From a virus: a DNA stretch of 64,000 nt. Below, piece after piece: positions 11,021 through 22,144 of the stretch (positions within the stretch are counted from its first letter, which is position 1; every line of letters starts with the position of its first letter). The stretch lies in IMG/VR virus record IMGVR_UViG_3300045988_115476; one strand, given 5' to 3'. The notes beneath the pieces are model-generated. The model worked only from the letters and a program-made list of their open reading frames with translations. It did not search any database and was not told where the DNA came from. A program made the translations under genes and the position numbers.

Positions 11021-12199
11021 ATGCAGCAATTTGATTTTAACAATTCGAGATACGCCAAGCTCTTTTCGAGCAAGGACAACTTGAACTTCCTCAAGACTTT
11101 CCTTGATCAGAAGAATCTTCTCTACACCAACTATGGCTGGTACAGCACGCAGGGCCATCGCGCCTCCATGCCAACGCCTACCGACTATGACGGTGTGGCC
11201 ACCTATAGCGTGAAGTCAAGGAAGGCCGAGGCCGCTCCGTTGATGCACCTCCGTGCCCCGCTTGGCGATGCTCCCGAGATGGACAGCGAGGGCATCAGCG
11301 TATATTCTGGCTCCATCCCCGATTTTATCGGCTACAAGTGGTCGGAGAACGCTCAGCAGCGTGAATACAAAGAGAAGTTGTTCCAGCAGTTCGGCAACGA
11401 TGCTGACCTCATTGCGGCTTGGGTTCGTGATGTCGTTCAGGTCGGTAAGAACTCTGCCGAGGCAACGCTCAGCAACCTTACGGCCCAGATCATGACGAAG
11501 GCTTCCATGTCTTGGAAGGGCAAGGGTGAGGGTTTGCAGCAGTTCTTGCAGAAGATTGAACCCTTCCCCGAGGAGAACAAGAAGAAGGCCGGCGTAAAGG
11601 CGTGGACTGACCCCGAGTGTAAGATTATCACTCAGATGCGCAAGATCGAGGACGACTACCGCGATGAGCGCGGCGGCTACGAGGGTGCGCTTGTGTGGAA
11701 GATGACCCGCAAGATGTACCGCGAGACCTTCCTGGAGAATGCCGAGGTCAAGGAGTGGTATCAGAAGTGGTGTGTGGCCAAGCGCATGGCCTATACCGAC
11801 AGTATGCAGGTGCTCGATGAGGACTTCAAGCGCACGCTCTCAGACATGACGGGCCTCTCGCCCATTGAGATTGTTGTCGAGAAGGAGCGCAACAAGACGG
11901 TGAACACAGACACCTTCGTGCAGGGTTGGGAGGACAAGTATGTAGTCTTGTGCCCCGCTGGCGATTCCGTTGAGTTTAAGTGGACACCTATCTACGACCA
12001 GGCTTTGCAGCAGAAGTACGGCGCAAAGAACATCGACGTTTCTTGGGCCTCCATTGCTAACGGCCTTGTCACCGTGGGCAACTATGCCATTGACAACGGC
12101 TTGTTCCGTGAGTGGCAGACCAAGGTAATGATGTCGGCTTGCCCCGTCCTTATCGACTTCATGAACCATGTGATCATCGACACCTCTACGGCAAACTAA
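11021..12199 (+). CDS. Putative major capsid protein
   Basis: 392 aa, ribosome-site preceded, in capsid position; no signature motif recognised with certainty. Confidence 0.55.
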   Translation: MQQFDFNNSRYAKLFSSKDNLNFLKTFLDQKNLLYTNYGWYSTQGHRASMPTPTDYDGVATYSVKSRKAEAAPLMHLRAPLGDAPEMDSEGISVYSGSIPDFIGYKWSENAQQREYKEKLFQQFGNDADLIAAWVRDVVQVGKNSAEATLSNLTAQIMTKASMSWKGKGEGLQQFLQKIEPFPEENKKKAGVKAWTDPECKIITQMRKIEDDYRDERGGYEGALVWKMTRKMYRETFLENAEVKEWYQKWCVAKRMAYTDSMQVLDEDFKRTLSDMTGLSPIEIVVEKERNKTVNTDTFVQGWEDKYVVLCPAGDSVEFKWTPIYDQALQQKYGAKNIDVSWASIANGLVTVGNYAIDNGLFREWQTKVMMSACPVLIDFMNHVIIDTSTAN

Positions 12200-12248
12200 T
12201 CACATGGCACGACAACTGACACGCTAACGTATAACTATCCTCACCATC

Positions 12249-12632
12249 ATGGCAGTTCAAAAATTCGACATACTGGACTATCTTAGCGGACTGACGAATT
12301 TCGTCTTTGACAAGTCTGTACTGAAAAGGGTTGCATTGGAATGCGGTGTTTCCGAAGTTGAAGCATACGCGGAGCTCACGGAGGAACATCGTGACCGATG
12401 CAAGGCGGCTCTGTTGGAGACGATTGTCTTTGGTGTCTATCAAACGGCATCATCAACGACACAACACGGCTCTTACACCCTTACGGTTGGGTCTCAGACG
12501 ATAACGCAGAAGTCCCTCGCCAGTATCAAGTCAGAACTTAAGCGGCTCTACGAGAAACTCGGCGAAGAAGACAAACTCGATGCTTTGAACGGCTCTGATG
12601 GCGATGTTAGGTGGATTAACGAATACGAATGA
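12249..12632 (+). CDS. Head-tail connector-like protein
   Basis: 127 aa helical protein after the capsid gene. Confidence 0.45.
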   Translation: MAVQKFDILDYLSGLTNFVFDKSVLKRVALECGVSEVEAYAELTEEHRDRCKAALLETIVFGVYQTASSTTQHGSYTLTVGSQTITQKSLASIKSELKRLYEKLGEEDKLDALNGSDGDVRWINEYE

Positions 12633-13006
12633 CGATGTACACGGATAGAAACGCAATGGTAGAGTATGAGTACGACGGAACGTTCTACAAGAAGGGGTAT
12701 GGCGTGCCCGATGATGGCGACCTGCTTTCTGACGAGCGGGACGACGAAACGGTCATTCTCACCACCAAATGCGACATTCAGAAGACGGACAAGTTGTTCA
12801 CTTCGGGTGTGGTATCAATGGGATATAGCATCTACTTTCCCATGCCACAGACGGACGAAGGCGAGGAACGCTTGCCGGAAGGAATGAAGGTGGGCATCAG
12901 ATTTCGTGGCGAGATGTACGGAATGCCCGTGGAGGGAATGGTCATTGGCATAGAGCCTACCAAACTTCATGGTTGTGTTGCGTACATCAAGGGAACGGAC
13001 ATTTAG
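12629..13006 (+). CDS. Head-closure/tail-completion candidate
   Basis: 125 aa, overlaps previous gene by 4 nt. Confidence 0.35.
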   Translation: MTMYTDRNAMVEYEYDGTFYKKGYGVPDDGDLLSDERDDETVILTTKCDIQKTDKLFTSGVVSMGYSIYFPMPQTDEGEERLPEGMKVGIRFRGEMYGMPVEGMVIGIEPTKLHGCVAYIKGTDI

Positions 13007-13036
13007 TCTCAATAGGTAACATAGGATAACAGAATC

Positions 13037-13435
13037 ATGGCACATGGAATACAACGCAGGTTATCACGCATTGAGAATTTCTTTTCGATGCTGCTTGCAA
13101 AAAAGGGCATTGCGGATCAAGTGATTGTAGGCGAGCTCCCCCCAACTACGGACAAGGAGTGGGAGACGTTCGTCAACATTGATGTGGGGCAGCAGACGGA
13201 CAAGGGGGCATACTCTACCGGCTTTGCCAACATCTATTTGTACGCAAGGCCCAAAGGCAGTCCTCCCGTGAAGAACGTAAAAGCCCTTGACAAGATGGAA
13301 GGTATTCTTGACGAGGTTATTGCTTCCTCACGGCATAAGGACTATTCCATCCATGAGTTGTACCGCGATAGCGGGTACGACACTCAGCGACAATTCCACT
13401 TCAATATAGTTAGCGTGTCAGTTATTACGAAATAA
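13037..13435 (+). CDS. Tail completion candidate
   Basis: 132 aa, syntenic position. Confidence 0.35.
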   Translation: MAHGIQRRLSRIENFFSMLLAKKGIADQVIVGELPPTTDKEWETFVNIDVGQQTDKGAYSTGFANIYLYARPKGSPPVKNVKALDKMEGILDEVIASSRHKDYSIHELYRDSGYDTQRQFHFNIVSVSVITK

Positions 13436-13465
13436 CATATTTCCAAATTAAAAAAGAATACTATT

Positions 13466-14056
13466 ATGGCAAACAAAGTAATTCATACCAACACGGGATC
13501 ATTCAAGTTTATCAAGCCCGACTATATCGTGGCAACTATGTTCACGGGCGCAGAGGTTGACGAATCCAAGCCTCTTGGTGATTCGTACATCCTTGAGGAC
13601 GTAGTGGAGGACACGACCTCTATCTCTCAGGACGACAACGAGACCACGGACATTGAGTGCGAGACCTCCGATTCGCCCATCATCTCTATCGTAAAGCTCG
13701 GCAAGTATCAGCTTGCGGCAGAGGTCGGTGACACTCAGGCCGAGTTGCTCAAATCACTTTGCGGCTTCATTGCGGACGAGGCCGGCAAACGCACGATTGC
13801 GCCGTCGGCCTACAAGCCCATCTACGCTAAGTTTGACGTAGTGCAGACCCAGCCGGACGGCACGAAGATGGTAGCCTATGTGCTCCCGAAGGTGCAGCTC
13901 AATTCCAAGCTCACCATTGAGTCTCTGAACTCCAACTTGGCAAAGATTGCGCTTGCTGGAACGGCGAAGGACATTACCCTCACGATTGGCGCTAAGACCT
14001 ACCGCACGCCGTTCTATATCAACCACGACTACACCCTTCCTACCGCGACCGAGTAG
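13466..14056 (+). CDS. Putative major tail protein
   Basis: 196 aa, syntenic position upstream of tail chaperones; beta-rich composition. Confidence 0.45.
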   Translation: MANKVIHTNTGSFKFIKPDYIVATMFTGAEVDESKPLGDSYILEDVVEDTTSISQDDNETTDIECETSDSPIISIVKLGKYQLAAEVGDTQAELLKSLCGFIADEAGKRTIAPSAYKPIYAKFDVVQTQPDGTKMVAYVLPKVQLNSKLTIESLNSNLAKIALAGTAKDITLTIGAKTYRTPFYINHDYTLPTATE

Positions 14057-14142
14057 CGGCGTAGTGCATCTCTTGTCTTATACTATCATAATTCCAAAGT
14101 GGCGGCGGCTTCATGCCGTTCGCCATTTTTTAATGTACGAAT

Positions 14143-14583
14143 ATGGGTGCATTTTACGAAAAGGCTATCAACAAGCTGCTTGATTCGTTAGAGAACGACG
14201 CAAGGAGAATTTTGCGTGAATGCGTGGAGGAGAGAACGTACCAGCATAGGACACGAAACCTTTACGATTCATACGGGTATGGTATCTATGTGAATGGTGT
14301 GCTAAAGAGAACGGGGTATCTATCTTCATCCCCTATGGCCAAAGTGCCGAGGCACATTTACGGAAAGGACGTGAGGGGACGTGAGGAAATACGCTCATAC
14401 CTCGAAGGCAACAAGAAGAAAGGCGGCATTTCCCTGGCCATTGTTGCGGCCATGCCCTATGCAAAAATACTTGAGGAGGGAGGCGGCAGGCTCAAGCATT
14501 CCTATCGCGTCATTTCGATGTCGTTCCAAAAGTTGGAGCAGATAGCAGGAAAGTACAATGCGACCGTTTCGGCAATCAAATAG
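14143..14583 (+). CDS. HK97 gp10-like tail component candidate
   Basis: 146 aa, basic helical N-terminus (KAINKLLDSLENDARRILRECV). Confidence 0.4.
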   Translation: MGAFYEKAINKLLDSLENDARRILRECVEERTYQHRTRNLYDSYGYGIYVNGVLKRTGYLSSSPMAKVPRHIYGKDVRGREEIRSYLEGNKKKGGISLAIVAAMPYAKILEEGGGRLKHSYRVISMSFQKLEQIAGKYNATVSAIK

Positions 14584-14592
14584 ATAAATATC

Positions 14593-15147
14593 ATGGCAGT
14601 CTATAGAGCGAAAAAAGACAAATCGCAGGAGGCCGTGGCCCGAAAGGAGAGAGAGAAGCGGGTGATGCCCGATTCGCCCATCTCTGACGAAGCTATGGAA
14701 AAACTAGCGAAGATAATGAACGATTCTCCCACCATCGTCAAGCTGAAAGGCACGGTGTGGGAAATTCACGCCTTGAAGCCCGGCACGCAATGGCTTATTG
14801 CGGATGAGGCTTGCAAAATAATTCGTGGCGAGAAGATGTCAATGGGCGACGTTATCAAGGAGTTTGCCACCAACCTTCCATCCGTGGCAAGGGTGATCAC
14901 GCTTGCCCTGCTCAACGACAAGAAGCGAATATACTCTGACGAATATCAAGAAGTATATGAGCAACTCCTTTGGGGCGAGAGCGACGTGAGGGATTGGGCA
15001 ACCATGCTCGTTGAAATCCTAAACCTCCTCGACGTGGATTTTTTCTTCGCGAGTACCAATGTTATTCAGACCGTCCGCAATCAAGCCTTGACGAGGAAGA
15101 CACAAGCAGCAGAATTGTCCCGTCAAGGACAGAATACGGACAGATGA
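14593..15147 (+). CDS. Tail assembly chaperone (gpG-like)
   Basis: 184 aa, immediately upstream of the tape measure; has slippery T_TTT_TTC at 15039-15045. Confidence 0.6.
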   Translation: MAVYRAKKDKSQEAVARKEREKRVMPDSPISDEAMEKLAKIMNDSPTIVKLKGTVWEIHALKPGTQWLIADEACKIIRGEKMSMGDVIKEFATNLPSVARVITLALLNDKKRIYSDEYQEVYEQLLWGESDVRDWATMLVEILNLLDVDFFFASTNVIQTVRNQALTRKTQAAELSRQGQNTDR

Positions 15148-15368
15148 TAGACTTTCTTAGGGCCAACACTTGGTGCTCGCAGGAAGAATACAAATGGGCA
15201 ATGACCGTTCCGCAGGTGAGGCTCGCAAGTATGGACTTTACCCATGTGGAATACATCTCGGACAAAGAGACGAAGAGAAATGGTCGCGGCAAACGAAATA
15301 ATGAGACCGTAATAGGGAGCGCAGACGACCTAAAGAGGCTCAACGATCTTGGCTTGCCGATTATATAA
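15144..15368 (+). CDS. Tail assembly chaperone second ORF (gpT-like); reachable by -1 frameshift
   Basis: 74 aa from ATG (ATGA overlap), but the frame is open back to 15045. Confidence 0.55.
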   Translation: MIDFLRANTWCSQEEYKWAMTVPQVRLASMDFTHVEYISDKETKRNGRGKRNNETVIGSADDLKRLNDLGLPII

Positions 15369-15387
15369 ACTACTAAACATTCAAGTT

Positions 15388-18300
15388 ATGAGCGATGCAA
15401 TAGGAAGCGAGCTTTTTATCAGCAAAGAAGCACTCAACGCTATTGAGCGTGCTGACAAGAGGTTGCAGAACATACAAGAGACCGCAAGGGCAATGGGAAC
15501 TACTGTGAACAATGCCTTTACGGCCATGTCTGGCGGTGCTAATATGTTCGCCGACAACCTTGACAAAATCATTCAGAAGATGAGGGCTATCGGCACGAAT
15601 GCCACCACTGCAGGCCAAAACCTCAACAACTCCTTCTCCAACATAGGAAATAGTGCAAGGGATATGGGTGGAAGCGTCACCAAAGCCTCCGAGGTCATTG
15701 ATGGCATGCGGCAGAAGCTGTCAAGCATGAGTGGCATGGGCACGGGAGGCATCCAGCAGGCCGCATTGGCCTTAGAGAGGCTTCAAAAATCCATGCAGAA
15801 CAAGAGTGGCATGAACATTGCCAACCTCAAGGAGGAAATTACTGCGATCAACAATATTCTCAAGGACAAATCATACAACCTTACGTCCTCTGAGCAAGAC
15901 GAACTTGTGAAGCGCAAAAAGCTCTTGCAGGATGAGCTCAAGTATCAGGAGCAGATGTATCAGGAGCGGACTGTGGCCTACCAAAAGGCCCTTGACCGAA
16001 TGGCAAGTGCGCAACAGTCATACGAGAACAAGCAGCGAAAGAATGCTAACGAACGTGCGCAGAAAAATCGTGAGAAGAACTATGCCACAAACACGACGTA
16101 CCAGGGTGCGCTCAAATTCTCTGATAGCGCAAATACGCTCAATAGGCAAGCCCTTGCAGTAAAATACCTTGAAGAGGCAAAGCACAAGTTGTCGAAGACG
16201 GATTCTGACTACACTACGAAGCTGAACGCACTCAATGCGGCCATAGAGAAGCACAATGCCGTGCTCAATGCGGCAAAGCCATTGACTGAGGCAGCGCAGG
16301 CGCGTCAGGCGAAGGAGCTTGCACAGAAATATCGTGAGAAGAACTATGCCAAAAACACGACGTATCAAGGCGCAATAGATTTTTCTAATAACGCAAGGAC
16401 GCTCAACAGACATGCGCAGGCAATAGAGTATCTGAGAGCGGCCCGCATGAAACTATCTACGACGGATCAGGACTATAGCAAGAAGCTCATCGCCTTGAAT
16501 ACCACCATCGAAAAGCACGCGAAGGTGCTTCGTGATGCGGGTGTGTCCGTGCAGGGCCTCGGAAAGAAGTATTCTTACCTTGACAGGTACATATCCCAAC
16601 TCATTCAACGCACGGCGGTACTCTTCACTTTCAACTCGGCCAAGGACTTCATACGACAGATTGCCGAGGTGAGGGGTCAGATGGAGATGTCGCAACGTTC
16701 CCTGGAATCTATGTTGCAGAACAAGGTGCAGGCCGATGAGATATTCAACAAGACCGTACAACTGGCCGTCAAGTCGCCGTTCCGCATCAAAGACTTGGTG
16801 AATTACACCAAGCAGCTTGCGGCATACCGTATTGAGAACGACAAACTCTATGACACCACCAAGCGGCTCGCCGACGTTTCTGCGGGCCTTGGCGTGGACA
16901 TGAGCCGCCTTATCCTCGCCTACGGTCAGGTCAAGGCTGCGGCCTATCTTCGTGGCTCTGAGGTTCGCCAATTCACGGAGGCGGGCATCAATATGTATGG
17001 AGAGTTACAGGCCCTCTTCAAGGAACGAGACAATGCTGACTATACGACGGCACAAATCGTCGATATGATCTCGAAGAGAATGATCAAGTTCAAGGACGTG
17101 GAGCAGGTGTTCCAGCGGCTCACGGACAAGGGTGGAATGTTCTACGAAATGCAGGAACGGCAGTCGCAGACCCTTTGGGGTATGATCCAAAAGGCGGGCG
17201 ACGCCTTCGATGTAATGCTCAACGAAATTGGCAAGAGTAATGAAGGCGTTTTGAAGGGCACGGTCGCCTCGGCCATTGAATTGTTGAAGCATTGGAAGAG
17301 CATTGCGTCGGTAGCCAAGACGGCAATCGCTTTCTTTTTGGCTATCAAGACACACTCTATTGTCATTGCAATGTATCATAGTAAAATCGTGACTATGCTT
17401 CGTTCTGAACAATTGATTTCAAAACTGATTCATGGACAATGGCGTGCTATAGGCTCGTCCATATCGAATGTCGTAAAGAGTACCGGGTTGCTAAAGTCGT
17501 TAGGTGTCGGCCTGGTTGGAACGGCTGCTGCATTTGGTCTTGAGGCAATTATTAGACATTACCAAAAAGTTGCCGACATGGAACGAGAGATTGCACAGGT
17601 AAACAGAGAGTATGCGGAATCGTTCGACAAACTCCAAGAAATACGGAAGAGTTTTGGAACGGAAGACGACAACAAGAGCATTGAGGACAAAAAGAAGGCT
17701 TTTCAGGAGCTTGTCACTTTGATGCAGAATGCGAACTTTGACATAAAGATCGACATTAAGGGCTTGTCGAAAGAAGAGCTTCAAAAGCAATTCAATGTGG
17801 CAGAGGGATTGTATCAAAATTTCATTGAGACAACCCGAATGATAGATTACCGCTTCAAGGAAGATTCCTCCATCAAAGAGGATTTGGACAAATACTCTGC
17901 ACAATATACGAAGATCATTTCCAAGACGACCGACTTGCGCTCCGTTCTTGACAATATTGCTGTCGAATACAAGAACCTCAGCAAGGATGCACAGAAATAT
18001 TACGACATAGCCGCAAAGCCACGACAAGACAATGAGGATGAAATGGCGTATCTTGAGAGAACAAGGAACGCCATGCAGAAAATAGCTGATATTACCGCAA
18101 GAAATCAAAGAGCGGGAACGGCCCTGCCTGGATTTGTCAACGAAATAAACGATAATGTAAGACAGCTCAACGAAGAGATTGCCAAACTGGATCAACAGAA
18201 AAATTCGCTGCTCAAGTTTGATAAAAACACAAAAACTTGGTCTGGTAGCCTTGAACCTATACGTAAGGAATTGGAACGGACGTTCAACGATGCGGTAGAT

Positions 18301-21300
18301 AAAGGTATCAGAAAAGGATTGACGAAAAGTGCGGCTGTCAAAGAGGCGAAAATGACTGTCAAGGCATCAATCGACGACCGTTTTACGAAGAACGAGATCG
18401 ACCAACTTGGCGCTCAATTATTATATAAGCCCTTTGGCATCAATGTCAATATCGACAAGGCGAACGTAGAGGAGGAGGTGTCATGGATTGACGACTACCT
18501 TGAGCAATACTTCAAGAACAAGAAGTACAAAATCAATGTAGAGGTTAACCAACTTGATGCATACGCCGAAGGATTCAAGAGCCTCCTTGAGCGTGGAGAC
18601 AAAGCGAAGGAGCAGTACGAAGCAGCAAAGAAATTTCTTGAACGTTTCGGCAAAATGAAGAGTACGCGTAAAGGTTGGATTCTTGCGGACCAAGACATAC
18701 GGACAATCATGGGATCTTCTTTACCACTTGCGCAGAAGTATGTTCACAGGGACAAAGTAAAAGCGCAGGCACAGGAGCTCCTGCGCATATACAAAGACGA
18801 GGCTATTAGCCTTGGTGTTGATCCAGACGAGAAAGAAAACAAAAAGAGGGGCAAAGAAAGGGAGAGACAGCAAAGAAGGGAACAGAAAGAGCAACGAGAC
18901 ATTCTTTCTGAGCGCATCAGCCTGCTCTCTGACATGAATAGCAAATACAATGAGCTGTTGAGGAACGAAAGCAAGGAGGACGCACTCCTTCACACTCGCA
19001 AGTACTTCAAAGAGGCGGCAGAGAACGTGGGATGGACTACGGACGACATCATGCCGGACGACAAGGCCGTGGCCGACCGCATCAGGAAGATTGGTCGCAT
19101 GTTCAAAGAGTTCACGAAGCGGGGTGACGCATTCCGCAAGGCGGCTGACATCGAAATGAACGGAAGTCTCAAAGTTTACGAAAAGCTGAGAGACCAAGTT
19201 TCCACAGATATTGATGAGGCATTCGCTGGCCTTGACCTCTACAAGAGGCTCAAAGACAATAACGTCAGCGAGACCGTTATCAGAAAGTCGTTCGGAGACC
19301 TTGCCCACTCATTTGATGATCTGCGCGACATGGTGAATCGTGTCTTCAACCAATACACCTCTGCCTACTTCGACAAAATGTATGGAAGCGACCCCAACAA
19401 ATGGTCGCAGGAAGTACTAAAGGAGTATGAGGAGGCTATCAAAGATACGGGCAAGGCCATGCAGAAATACTTCGGAGAGGAGCAATACAAGCAGTACAAG
19501 GAGGCTATGGCCCGGATTACCAAGCAGCAGAACCAACAGACCATTGATGACTTCAACAGGCTGACCAGCGACTACAAAACGAAGCTGACGGAGCAACTGG
19601 AGCTCGACAAATGGTATGTGGAGGAACGTCGCAAGATATACGACGACGAGACGTTGAAGAATAATCCCGAATTACAGAAGGAAGATCTCGACAACCTCAA
19701 GAAACAGTACGACAAGAAGACTACGGACAACTCCTGGAAGTCGTTCCAAGAAAGCGATATGTATATACGCCTCTTCGAGAACCTTGATCATGCTTCAACC
19801 GCCATGCTGACGGCCATGCGGGACAAACTACAGTCCATCAAAGAGAGCCTCAAAGACCTCGATCCTGCACAAATCAAGCAAATTGTGCAACAAATGGAGA
19901 AGCTGGACGAAAGGATTCTTGCCAACAACCTCAATAAGAACCCGTTCAAAAACCTTGTGTCAAACATCAAGGAGTACGTCAAGTATGCAAAGGAACGTGA
20001 GCAGATTGAGAAACGATACACGGCCTACCTCAAAATGCAGAACCACCTCGAAACACAGAAGCGGGAAGAGGAGCTACTCGTGGCCGAGGCCGACGAAAAG
20101 TACAAAAACGACGAAAAGGTTCATGGCGCGGATTCTGAGGAGGCTAAGTCGGCCAAGGCGGTGCTTGAGGTAAGAAAGCAGAACCTTGCCGTTATTTCCC
20201 ACCAACTCAAAGAACAGGAGAAGATAACGAAAGAGGAGGCCAAGCAACTGAACAATGGCGAGAAGCTGAAGAAGGCCCTCATGGAGCAATCACAGAAGAT
20301 TGGAGATTCCTTCGGAGATGCGGCATCGGCCATCAATGCGTCATTTGAGATGCTGGAAGACTGGGGCATCGACGCCGAAATCCCCGACGAAATGACGGAG
20401 ATAGTGGGCGGCTTCGAAAAGATTGATTCTTCCCTGCACCAGATAGCATCTGGCAAGTATATCACCGGCGCGGTATCGCTCATCGGCGGTATCGGCAAGT
20501 CCCTCGGCGGCATCTTCGGATGGGGCACGAAGGACAAGAAGCTGGAGAAGAAGATTGCCAAACACCAAAGGGCCATCGAAAGGCTCTCGGAGGCTTATGA
20601 AAAGCTAAAAGAGAGCATGGATGATGCGTGGAGCATGGAGGACTTGAAAAAGTACAACGACGAGATGGTGAAGAACATCGAATTGCAGAACGCCAACCTT
20701 CGCTCCATGATTGCTGCGGAAAAGGACAAGAAAAAAACCGATAGCAACAAAATCCACGAGTACGAAAAGCAGCTTGAAGAGAACATGAAGGTGCTCAAGG
20801 AGATGAAGGAAAGCCTCATCGAGCAACTGGGTGGATTCGGAAGCGAGGCCAACTACAAGGCGGCGGCGCAAGCCTTCGCAGACGCATGGTTTGACGCTTT
20901 CAAAGAAGGCAGCAATGCACTCGACGCACTCAACGAGAAGTTTGAAGAGTACATTCAGAACCTTATCAAGAAGCAGCTCATGCTCCGGGTGGCACAGAAA
21001 TACTTGAAGCCATTGCTTGAGATGGTTGACAAGTCGCTGGAAGAAGGTAGCGACGGTGGCATGAAGCTCACGGACCAGGAACTTGCCGCAATCAACAAGC
21101 TTGGCGATTCAACAATGAAGCAGTTGGAAGAAGCATTCAAGAACGTGACGGATTCGATCGGTTTTGTTAGTAAGGCGAAAGACAACCTTTCTGGCCTCCA
21201 GCAGGGCATACAAGCCGTCACGGAGACTACGGCAAAATCGCTTGAGGGATTGCTGGGAAGTATGAGATACTACCTCGCAACACAACAGGCCGACGTGAGA

Positions 21301-21492
21301 ATCATACGTGACACCCTCCTCGAAAGGCTCGGGACGATTGCTCAGCAGCAGGCAGGCGGTTCGTCAAACATCATGGTGGATCTCCTGCAACAGCAAGTGG
21401 AGTATATGAAGAGGCTATCGTCAAACTTTGAAAGCGTCATGAAGGCGGGACACTCCAAAGGTGGATATGGTCTGCGGGTATTCCTCAACTAA
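15388..21492 (+). CDS. Tail tape measure protein
   Basis: ~2034 aa coiled-coil-rich protein (track ORF starts 15349; ATG at 15388, MSDAIGSELFISKEALNAIERADKRLQ, looks more natural). Confidence 0.9.
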   Translation: MSDAIGSELFISKEALNAIERADKRLQNIQETARAMGTTVNNAFTAMSGGANMFADNLDKIIQKMRAIGTNATTAGQNLNNSFSNIGNSARDMGGSVTKASEVIDGMRQKLSSMSGMGTGGIQQAALALERLQKSMQNKSGMNIANLKEEITAINNILKDKSYNLTSSEQDELVKRKKLLQDELKYQEQMYQERTVAYQKALDRMASAQQSYENKQRKNANERAQKNREKNYATNTTYQGALKFSDSANTLNRQALAVKYLEEAKHKLSKTDSDYTTKLNALNAAIEKHNAVLNAAKPLTEAAQARQAKELAQKYREKNYAKNTTYQGAIDFSNNARTLNRHAQAIEYLRAARMKLSTTDQDYSKKLIALNTTIEKHAKVLRDAGVSVQGLGKKYSYLDRYISQLIQRTAVLFTFNSAKDFIRQIAEVRGQMEMSQRSLESMLQNKVQADEIFNKTVQLAVKSPFRIKDLVNYTKQLAAYRIENDKLYDTTKRLADVSAGLGVDMSRLILAYGQVKAAAYLRGSEVRQFTEAGINMYGELQALFKERDNADYTTAQIVDMISKRMIKFKDVEQVFQRLTDKGGMFYEMQERQSQTLWGMIQKAGDAFDVMLNEIGKSNEGVLKGTVASAIELLKHWKSIASVAKTAIAFFLAIKTHSIVIAMYHSKIVTMLRSEQLISKLIHGQWRAIGSSISNVVKSTGLLKSLGVGLVGTAAAFGLEAIIRHYQKVADMEREIAQVNREYAESFDKLQEIRKSFGTEDDNKSIEDKKKAFQELVTLMQNANFDIKIDIKGLSKEELQKQFNVAEGLYQNFIETTRMIDYRFKEDSSIKEDLDKYSAQYTKIISKTTDLRSVLDNIAVEYKNLSKDAQKYYDIAAKPRQDNEDEMAYLERTRNAMQKIADITARNQRAGTALPGFVNEINDNVRQLNEEIAKLDQQKNSLLKFDKNTKTWSGSLEPIRKELERTFNDAVDKGIRKGLTKSAAVKEAKMTVKASIDDRFTKNEIDQLGAQLLYKPFGINVNIDKANVEEEVSWIDDYLEQYFKNKKYKINVEVNQLDAYAEGFKSLLERGDKAKEQYEAAKKFLERFGKMKSTRKGWILADQDIRTIMGSSLPLAQKYVHRDKVKAQAQELLRIYKDEAISLGVDPDEKENKKRGKERERQQRREQKEQRDILSERISLLSDMNSKYNELLRNESKEDALLHTRKYFKEAAENVGWTTDDIMPDDKAVADRIRKIGRMFKEFTKRGDAFRKAADIEMNGSLKVYEKLRDQVSTDIDEAFAGLDLYKRLKDNNVSETVIRKSFGDLAHSFDDLRDMVNRVFNQYTSAYFDKMYGSDPNKWSQEVLKEYEEAIKDTGKAMQKYFGEEQYKQYKEAMARITKQQNQQTIDDFNRLTSDYKTKLTEQLELDKWYVEERRKIYDDETLKNNPELQKEDLDNLKKQYDKKTTDNSWKSFQESDMYIRLFENLDHASTAMLTAMRDKLQSIKESLKDLDPAQIKQIVQQMEKLDERILANNLNKNPFKNLVSNIKEYVKYAKEREQIEKRYTAYLKMQNHLETQKREEELLVAEADEKYKNDEKVHGADSEEAKSAKAVLEVRKQNLAVISHQLKEQEKITKEEAKQLNNGEKLKKALMEQSQKIGDSFGDAASAINASFEMLEDWGIDAEIPDEMTEIVGGFEKIDSSLHQIASGKYITGAVSLIGGIGKSLGGIFGWGTKDKKLEKKIAKHQRAIERLSEAYEKLKESMDDAWSMEDLKKYNDEMVKNIELQNANLRSMIAAEKDKKKTDSNKIHEYEKQLEENMKVLKEMKESLIEQLGGFGSEANYKAAAQAFADAWFDAFKEGSNALDALNEKFEEYIQNLIKKQLMLRVAQKYLKPLLEMVDKSLEEGSDGGMKLTDQELAAINKLGDSTMKQLEEAFKNVTDSIGFVSKAKDNLSGLQQGIQAVTETTAKSLEGLLGSMRYYLATQQADVRIIRDTLLERLGTIAQQQAGGSSNIMVDLLQQQVEYMKRLSSNFESVMKAGHSKGGYGLRVFLN

Positions 21493-21589
21493 CGGACGAT
21501 AAGCCATACAAAGAATGCGGGCAGTACGGGTCTCACGACTGGTACTGCCCTATTTTTATTGATATGAAAGCATAAAAGTACAAAACAAT

Positions 21590-22144
21590 CTATTTCCGAT
21601 TATTCCATCGAGAAGACGGAATATGAGTTTTCGTGTATTTGATTGCGCCACGACAATGGTTCGTTATTCCAACATGGCTATCGTCGCCATAGACGTACAC
21701 CTCGCAAGCACCAAAGACAGAAAGATGAATCTCAGAGCCACCACACACATACACACGGCCATAGGACGAAGGAGGCACGACAATATTAAGGCACTTGCAT
21801 CCCGCAACAAGCGTTATGGTGGAATAAAGATAATACATTCCCTCCAGGCCAACGAGCATCTCGCTGGAATAGCCATGCGGCCCGCTATCCCGCTTGTATT
21901 TGCCGTTGATGTAGTCGGCAAAGTGCCTATTGAAGAAATCCACGCCCAATCCCCAACCGAAAGCGATGGAATCGGCAATGAAATCCACACCGTTAGAATC
22001 AAGGGCCAAATCCATCAACTGGCGCTTGTCGGTACATTCGTCCCACTTCTTCTTGTACTGGTCACAAAGACCAAGGGACATGGCAACACGCTTGAAAGAC
22101 AACAAATCATTTACCATAGATCTCACGCAGTTTTGATAAGACAT
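21590..22144 (-). CDS. Conserved phage hypothetical protein
   Basis: 184 aa from MSYQNCVRSMVNDLL..; the longer track ORF overlaps the upstream gene. Confidence 0.5.
   Translation of the reverse strand: MSYQNCVRSMVNDLLSFKRVAMSLGLCDQYKKKWDECTDKRQLMDLALDSNGVDFIADSIAFGWGLGVDFFNRHFADYINGKYKRDSGPHGYSSEMLVGLEGMYYLYSTITLVAGCKCLNIVVPPSSYGRVYVCGGSEIHLSVFGACEVYVYGDDSHVGITNHCRGAIKYTKTHIPSSRWNNRK

Noticed and set aside
15932-21221. Many short minus-strand ORFs under the tape measure gene
   Set aside because: Antisense shadows of a single long coding frame.
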